Shown: one piece after another, positions 57,844 to 64,000 of the stretch
Layout: every line of letters starts with the position of its first letter
Numbering within the stretch: the stretch's first letter is position 1
Source of the DNA: Candidatus Gottesmanbacteria bacterium
Lineage (GTDB): Bacteria > Patescibacteriota > Microgenomatia > JAMCYU01
Assembly (NCBI GenBank): GCA_043801155.1
Contig: JAZDMI010000028.1
Span: forward strand, 35,389-99,388
DNA: 64,000 bases
Direction: 5' to 3'
Position numbers and translations under genes: made by a program
Notes under the pieces: generated by a model
What the model was told of the DNA's origin: nothing
Database searches by the model: none
The model's input: only the letters and a program-made list of their open reading frames with translations

Positions 57844-58833
57844 TTAAGGAAGCGTCTCGGTAATTAACTCTCCCGACGGTTTATACACCGTTCTAAATTT
57901 ACCGGTTTCATCTGCATCAAGACAATATGCCGTATCGGTCGGACAAGGTTCTTTAAATCCACTTAATTTTCTGTAGCTAAATCCGCCAGAGCTAATTTTT
58001 ACATCACCAACCATTCCTAAAAACTTTTCTTTACCCGTATCAGTATTTATTATTAGTATTCCTTCTTTTAACGAATAGGGGGAGCAATTAAAACAAAGGC
58101 CGAGCGACAAAACAAGATATTTATCTTCAACTTGTAATATGTCAGCTGCTCCTGCAAACCCATCAACGGTATATTTGTTGGATTCCTTTGTTAATTTGTT
58201 TGACCATACTTCTTTATTAGTTACATTTTGTAGGTCTATTTTGTATATTTTATTTACATAATTTGGTTCAGGAACCCCAAGGTCTAACATAAGAGAAACA
58301 TAGATTGCATCATTGCCATTACGCATAGCACTAACCGCCAATCCTATCAAATTGGGAAAGTCGGTTGCAATCATTCTCGGATTTTGTAGCTTTCTAAAAT
58401 CATAGGGATTTGAGTATCCAAGCGATTTAGTTCCTACTGCAGCCATAGCGCCAGTATATGGACCCGACTCAACTTTTACGCCTCCAGTGCCTGAGCCTCC
58501 CTGGTTTGCATGACTATTGGTATAAAAAATAACTTCTTTATCCTCATATGTGCCTAAATACAAACTATTTTCCTTCGGCACATTACTTGTATTTTGTGTT
58601 GGAATTACAGAAACAGAAGTAGGGGAAGGTTTTAGTGATTGTATCTTTTGTTCATTGGTATAGTTTTTTCTATTAGAATAAATTAAAAACCAAGCTGTAG
58701 ATAACAACCAGAGAAAAAAAACTGCAAAAAAGCCAATTTTCCAATAACTAAGAGACGATTTAATTTTTACATCAGGAGATTCTGATTGCAGGTTTGAACC
58801 GGCAGAATCACCAATTGGATTAACTTCGTTCAT
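57844..58833 (-). CDS. Membrane-anchored hypothetical protein; start probably ATG 58833
   Basis: TM plus Ser/Pro linker plus soluble domain; TATAAT 6 nt before ATG 58833. Confidence 0.65.
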   Translation of the reverse strand: MNEVNPIGDSAGSNLQSESPDVKIKSSLSYWKIGFFAVFFLWLLSTAWFLIYSNRKNYTNEQKIQSLKPSPTSVSVIPTQNTSNVPKENSLYLGTYEDKEVIFYTNSHANQGGSGTGGVKVESGPYTGAMAAVGTKSLGYSNPYDFRKLQNPRMIATDFPNLIGLAVSAMRNGNDAIYVSLMLDLGVPEPNYVNKIYKIDLQNVTNKEVWSNKLTKESNKYTVDGFAGAADILQVEDKYLVLSLGLCFNCSPYSLKEGILIINTDTGKEKFLGMVGDVKISSGGFSYRKLSGFKEPCPTDTAYCLDADETGKFRTVYKPSGELITETLP

Positions 58834-58960
58834 ATTTTTATTATACCAATTTGGTATATTAAGTGCCAACTGGCTCGCACGATGGTATGATTATCGGAAA
58901 ACAGACTGGTCTTCCGAACTGGAATATCCTGAGTTTACGACAAAAGAGGTAAAGAGGTTT

Positions 58961-61393
58961 CTATCTTCTAACTACTCTTAGATGATAAACAAACTTAAAT
59001 GTCTCCACCACAAAAAACATAAAAATTGATAGACCTATTGCAATCAACCAATAAGCAGGGTTAAGACTGCTTAATCCAAAAAATTGTCTTAAGGAAGGAA
59101 GGGAAAATGGTAAAACTTGTAATCCAAACCCAGCAATAACTGCCACGATTAGCCAGCGATTTTCAAAAAGATGATTTTTCCAGAAAGGGGTCATGAGCGC
59201 TCTTACTGAAAAGACATAAACAAGCGAATTTAAGCCTAGCATCATAAATGCCACAGACCGAGCTGTTACAAGATCGTTGGACACTTTATAGACAACAATA
59301 AAAGAAGTTAAGGTTATCAAACCAGCTATTAAGCTCACAAGCCCTATTAAAGTAGACATCCATTTATTTACCAAGCGTTCACCAGGAAGACGAGGTTTTT
59401 CCTTCATAATGTCAACCCTTTTAGGATCAATTGTCAACGCAAGATCAGGAAATCCATCAGAGACGAGATTCACCCATAAAATTTGCATGGCGGTTATAGG
59501 TAAGGGTAAACCAAGAACAATGCCACCTAAAATGACGACTATCTCTGCAAAAGCGTCACACATAAGATATAAGATAATTTTTCTGATATTCTCAAACATT
59601 GCTCTTCCTTCTTCAATTGCTCCCACTATCGTAGAAAAATTAGAATCAAGAAGCACTAAATCAGCAGACTCCTTGGCAACATCAGTGGCTTCCCCCACAG
59701 CAATACCGATATCTGCCTCATGTAAGGCTGGAGCATCGTTAACACCATCACCCATCATGGCTACTATTTCGCCCCTTTTCTTTAACGCCTCGACGATTGC
59801 TAGCTTTTGATCTGGTGTGGTTTTGGCAAATAAACGGATAATATTTACTTTTCGAGCCAACTCTTCCGCCGAGAGAGCTTCCAGTTCATCACCTGTAATA
59901 ACCTCTTTACTAGAAAGAGAAATACCCAGTTCAGATAAAACGAACTCTGAGGTTTTTGAATAGTCACCAGTAATAACTACTGTGCGGATACCAGCACCCA
60001 TCGCTTGTTCAAGAGCATCTTTGACCCCAACACGGACTGGATCAGAAAAAGCCAACATACCAACCCAAGTAAGCCCACCTTTCCCATCAGAAGCATCTAA
60101 GTCCTGTTTGTCGCTTAATACATCTTTTCGAGCAAATCCAATAAGCCTCTTTCCTTGTTTGGTGAGATTATCGATAATTGAAAAAACTTCCTTTTTCTCC
60201 TTCTCTGATAAGGTTGTCCATTGAAGCAATAGGTCTGGCGCTCCGTTTACATAAAGCCTATTACCACTATCTGACCATTTATGAAGGCTACAGAAAAACC
60301 TCTCCTTAGAAGAAAAAGGTATACTGTCAAGTCTTTGGTGTTCAGAAACGAAATCACTGATAATTGTTCTTCCCCACTCAAAAGCAGCAATGACAATTGG
60401 ATCGTCTAAATCGTTTGCCAAAAGCACCTGTTCCGCCAAATCTTTTTTCTTTCCGATAGTATCAACTACAGTCATTTTCCCTTGAGTTAAGGTTCCTGTC
60501 TTATCAACACAAATAACGGTTACTCCTCCCAAAGTTTCAGCTGCAGCAAGTTTTCTCACCAAACCACGACGCTTTAGAATCTTTTGCATGCCAATAGCTA
60601 ATACAACCGTTAGCGAAACGATCAACCCCTCTGGAATACTGGACACGGCTAAAGCTACAGAAGTGATGAACATGTCCATAACACTGAATCGATAAAGAAT
60701 ACCGATCACAAACACAAGGGTAGTTAATACACCAACTACCACAACTAATTGCCGACTAAACCCCTTAAGTTGCCTCTGAAGGGGAGTATCCTCTTCCGCT
60801 TCTTGTATTTGCAGTGCTATTGCCCCCATTTTAGTATTTGCCCCCGTGCTTTCGACCAACATGACAGCTTGTCCAGCAGAAATCGTCGTTCCCATAAAAA
60901 CTGAGTCACTTTGTATTTTTTTAACAGACACGCTCTCCCCAGTAAGCATAGATTCGTCGAGATAGAGACGGTTCGCATAAGTCAATTTGCCGTCAGCAGG
61001 AACTTTTACCCCTTGACTCAAGATCACAATGTCTCCTGGAACAATTTGTGAAGTTTCAATAGATGCCCGTTTCCCATTCCGAACAACAGTTATCTGATTG
61101 GTAACATAGTGCTTTAAGGCATGCAGGGCATTAGTGGCTTTTCTTTCTTGAATAAATCCCAAGGCAGTGTTAACCACTACGGCTAAAAAGATAATCGTTG
61201 TATCGGGAAGATGTCCAATAATCAGAGTCACTAATCCAGCCAAAAGCAGGACATAAACTAAAGGATTTTTAAGTTGTTGGACAATAAGGAAAAAATGGTT
61301 AGGAGGAGGTTTTTCAGGTAAAACATTCAGACCATATTGTTGCTGTCTTCTTGTTGCCTCTTCCTTTGATAATCCTTGTTCATTTGGAAACAT
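58961..61393 (-). CDS. Cation-transporting P-type ATPase (P2, Ca2+-type)
   Basis: TGES, IPEGL, DKTGTLT, TGD, GDGVNDAP, QILWVNL. Confidence 0.95.
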   Translation of the reverse strand: MFPNEQGLSKEEATRRQQQYGLNVLPEKPPPNHFFLIVQQLKNPLVYVLLLAGLVTLIIGHLPDTTIIFLAVVVNTALGFIQERKATNALHALKHYVTNQITVVRNGKRASIETSQIVPGDIVILSQGVKVPADGKLTYANRLYLDESMLTGESVSVKKIQSDSVFMGTTISAGQAVMLVESTGANTKMGAIALQIQEAEEDTPLQRQLKGFSRQLVVVVGVLTTLVFVIGILYRFSVMDMFITSVALAVSSIPEGLIVSLTVVLAIGMQKILKRRGLVRKLAAAETLGGVTVICVDKTGTLTQGKMTVVDTIGKKKDLAEQVLLANDLDDPIVIAAFEWGRTIISDFVSEHQRLDSIPFSSKERFFCSLHKWSDSGNRLYVNGAPDLLLQWTTLSEKEKKEVFSIIDNLTKQGKRLIGFARKDVLSDKQDLDASDGKGGLTWVGMLAFSDPVRVGVKDALEQAMGAGIRTVVITGDYSKTSEFVLSELGISLSSKEVITGDELEALSAEELARKVNIIRLFAKTTPDQKLAIVEALKKRGEIVAMMGDGVNDAPALHEADIGIAVGEATDVAKESADLVLLDSNFSTIVGAIEEGRAMFENIRKIILYLMCDAFAEIVVILGGIVLGLPLPITAMQILWVNLVSDGFPDLALTIDPKRVDIMKEKPRLPGERLVNKWMSTLIGLVSLIAGLITLTSFIVVYKVSNDLVTARSVAFMMLGLNSLVYVFSVRALMTPFWKNHLFENRWLIVAVIAGFGLQVLPFSLPSLRQFFGLSSLNPAYWLIAIGLSIFMFFVVETFKFVYHLRVVRR

Positions 61394-61523
61394 AATAATT
61401 CCTTAAGGTTTTATAAACACTGAATGGTTTTTCATATTTGGTATTTTCAGTATACGATATTTTAAGCACAAATATAAAACTTCTAGTGGTCATTACCTAA
61501 GCAAATTTATTATAATGTGATAT

Positions 61524-62462
61524 ATGATCTGGTTATTGTATTTTTGTGTCGGCGTCATTGTTCTTTTACTTTCTACCCATGCCCTGGTTAAACTAACCGA
61601 AAGGCTATCATCAGATTTGCGAATCTCCCCACTAATTATCGGGACAACTGTCGTAGCCCTGGGGACATCACTACCCGAACTTACCGTTTCATTGATTGCT
61701 TCAACAAGGCACGATCTTGGACTGGCACTTGGCAATATCATTGGTTCAAATATCGTCAACATCTTTATGGTGCTGCCCGTAGGCATTCTAATCGGGAAAC
61801 TGAGGATTGGATCAACAAAAACGCAGAGAAACGCTTTACTTCTCTTGGGTGCTACAGTCCTATTTGTTGCCCTACGAATACTTCATTTGCCTGATTTATT
61901 TTCTGGTTTACTTCTAATCGCATTAGCGCTTTTTTTTACGATTGGTGAATATCAACTAGGTGTCTTCGGAAGAACCCACGAAGACGCAAAAGCATTCAAA
62001 AAACATACAAACGGAAGACTAACCTTTGGAGGGATAGCATCCATTATATTCGCTGTTGCGGGGATCATTTTGGGAGGGATTTTGGTAGTTAGCTCGGTTG
62101 AAAACATATCTATAATAACCGATTATTCTACTACAATTCTCGGACTGTCTTTGACTGCCATTGTTACTTCTTTGCCTGAGTTGCTAACCACCATTTTTGC
62201 TCAGAAGGAACACCAAGAAAAAATTACCGTTGGTAATATAATCGGGAGCAATATGTACAATCTCTTATTTATCGGGGGTGTAATAACTCTTTTCTCTCCC
62301 CCAATGATGGTTCCGTTTAGGAACTTTATGTGGTTGATTGCTGCCACTTTATGTTTTGTCTTCATTCTGCGCCGTTTTAGCGGTAAACCTGTCCCCAAAG
62401 GTGTTGGGTTATTACTACTACTCTCCCTGATCGTCTACCTGCTATCGCTAGTTTATATGTAA
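61524..62462 (+). CDS. Ca2+/Na+ antiporter (YrbG/CaCA family)
   Basis: Two alpha repeats: GTSLPEL...GNIIGSN and TSLPEL...GNIIGSN. Confidence 0.92.
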   Translation: MIWLLYFCVGVIVLLLSTHALVKLTERLSSDLRISPLIIGTTVVALGTSLPELTVSLIASTRHDLGLALGNIIGSNIVNIFMVLPVGILIGKLRIGSTKTQRNALLLLGATVLFVALRILHLPDLFSGLLLIALALFFTIGEYQLGVFGRTHEDAKAFKKHTNGRLTFGGIASIIFAVAGIILGGILVVSSVENISIITDYSTTILGLSLTAIVTSLPELLTTIFAQKEHQEKITVGNIIGSNMYNLLFIGGVITLFSPPMMVPFRNFMWLIAATLCFVFILRRFSGKPVPKGVGLLLLLSLIVYLLSLVYM

Positions 62463-62630
62463 CAACTTATTAAAGAACATTAGATGCTTGATAATTATCT
62501 CATTCACTACTTCAGACGGAACTTGGAAAAATGGTCACAATTTCGGACAACTGACTGGGCAAATTACCTGGAATACCCAAGGTTCACCGCAAAACAAACA
62601 CAGCAATTATTAAACATTCACTAATAAAGC

Positions 62631-63038
62631 CTAAATTAACCCCTCCCAGGGTGGAAGTTCATAATTGCCAGCTGGTTCTGTCCTGACACTTTTCTCACTA
62701 CCAGTTCTCCTAATAAAAATCACATCGAGCATACCATCTTGTTTGAGCTTGAAGGCAGCCTCTCCGATATTTATCTCTGTCTGCTCAGGAAAATAATCAG
62801 AAGATATTGTTCTTGCAGTTCTTGCTATCTCAATTGCTCCGCAACATGATTCGCGAGACCATAAACGTTTAGGAGTTTTTTCGAAAAGCTCATGAAGAAA
62901 ATTTAGAAAAGAATTTGCTGTTTTAGAATCTAATCCTTCTAGGGATATAAACGGGCGAACTTGCCCAAAGGTTAGAGGTTTTCTTTGCCTTGTCTCCAGG
63001 GCCCCTAGACTCTTCTCGCTTTCCAAACCCTGAGCCAT
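62631..63038 (-). CDS. Hypothetical protein
   Basis: 135 aa ORF; TATACT upstream. Confidence 0.55.
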   Translation of the reverse strand: MAQGLESEKSLGALETRQRKPLTFGQVRPFISLEGLDSKTANSFLNFLHELFEKTPKRLWSRESCCGAIEIARTARTISSDYFPEQTEINIGEAAFKLKQDGMLDVIFIRRTGSEKSVRTEPAGNYELPPWEGLI

Positions 63039-63203
63039 AAACAGAGTATAACAACACTGTGTTCATATTTCAAGCTATAGGACTTATGCTCGCACGATGG
63101 TATGATTATAGAACAATTGACTGGGCAAATGAGCTTGAATACCCAGAATTTACAACGAAGGAAGTTCAGAGATTCCTAACAAATTAAAACTGTGTGCAAT
63201 AAT

Positions 63204-64000
63204 CTACCAGAATCTCCATCCTTTTAAAGCTCTTTCATAAACTCGATAGGGTTTAGCACCAATAAACACTTTACCGTTGATAAAAATGGTCGGTGTCCCA
63301 TAGATGTGGGTTTTTTGAAGTTCATTCATCTGGTTATCAACTGCATCACGAGTAGAGGGATCAGCTATACACTCTCTGATATCAGAAAGATTATAACCAA
63401 CATTTGAGGCGAATTTCTCGATATTGTCAATGTTACCAATATCGTTTTTATCGGCAGCGAATATCTTGTCATTAAGCTGCCAAAACTTATCCTTATCTTG
63501 TTTGTAGGCACAATAACCAAATTCAGACAAGAAATTAGTCTGGTCTTTAACTGGAAAATGGGCAAAGATAAAACTCACTTTGTTATTTTTAACCAACTTT
63601 TGAATCAATGGATAAGCCTTGCGGGTGTAATCACAGCTATAGCAACCAATAAAAACAATCTTATCTTTGGCGTCGTCACCCTTTGTAGGGAAAAGGCTAA
63701 GGTCAACATTATTGAGGATCAAATCTTTTTCTGTCGGCTTCTCTAGATTACATTGAGTAGCAACTTGAGAGACTTTATTGTTCTCGCCCGCAGGATCAAA
63801 GGCACAAAAACCGCTTTGGTTCAATCCGTTACAACTGCCATAGAGATAATAGTTGTAGGCGCCTTTCACCGTAAAAAAGGTGCTTCCAACCGTCAGAATG
63901 ACAAAAATCCAAGAAATAATCTCAAAATGTTTATTAAAAATACGGGCAGCAATTACAGAACGGTTTAACAACCTTCCGATAACCTTGCCTTTAATTTTCT
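63204..64000 (-). CDS. DsbA-family thioredoxin-fold membrane protein; 5' end lies beyond the window
   Basis: CYSCDY, HFP, GTPTIFING; frame open to the window edge. Confidence 0.8.
   Translation of the reverse strand, partial: KIKGKVIGRLLNRSVIAARIFNKHFEIISWIFVILTVGSTFFTVKGAYNYYLYGSCNGLNQSGFCAFDPAGENNKVSQVATQCNLEKPTEKDLILNNVDLSLFPTKGDDAKDKIVFIGCYSCDYTRKAYPLIQKLVKNNKVSFIFAHFPVKDQTNFLSEFGYCAYKQDKDKFWQLNDKIFAADKNDIGNIDNIEKFASNVGYNLSDIRECIADPSTRDAVDNQMNELQKTHIYGTPTIFINGKVFIGAKPYRVYERALKGWRFW

Larger units (their letters stand above)
46748..63187 (+). mobile_element. Putative array of accreted gene cassettes delimited by about 14 same-orientation att-like repeats
   Basis: Repeat starts at 46748, 48047, 48165, 51376, 51791, 52235, 52859, 54672, 55040, 56578, 57615, 58873, 62523, 63088, with unrelated accessory genes between them. 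Confidence 0.7.

Noticed and set aside
46748-63187. CRISPR array or classical integron attC array
   Set aside because: Repeats are spaced 0.1-3.6 kb apart around whole genes and are heterogeneous. I saw no RYYYAAC...GTTRRRY attC palindromes, and there are no cas or intI genes.

Overview
AT-rich bacterial chromosome segment. Gene content and repeat style point to Patescibacteria/CPR, probably Microgenomates-like (inference). The left two-thirds is mostly housekeeping: pyrH, mutM, a stand-alone 5'-3' exonuclease, ftsH, trpS, a Xer-like recombinase, idi, a VirD4/TraD-like ATPase, a cobalamin-riboswitch uptake operon, nrdR-nrdD-nrdG-cobO, gapN, two class A PBPs and uppP. Three things stand out. 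(1) Two nested (Russian-doll) tRNA loci at 10126-10531 and 17022-17303: a complete tRNA gene sits inside the anticodon loop of another tRNA gene, which in turn sits inside a third. Each insert is bracketed by short inverted repeats, and in both loci the inner and middle tRNAs share an anticodon (CAU; UAU). (2) Integron-like arrays of small gene cassettes delimited by same-orientation att-like repeats that resemble antisense tRNA 3' ends and read as a conserved short peptide. A 2-cassette array is anchored directly on tRNA-fMet (11232-13645), and an array of about 14 sites fills 46748-63187. (3) Several families of miniature palindromic elements and 7-8 nt tandem repeats inserted in frame into proteins, into tRNA D-loops and into a riboswitch. 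All calls were made by eye; no database search was run.
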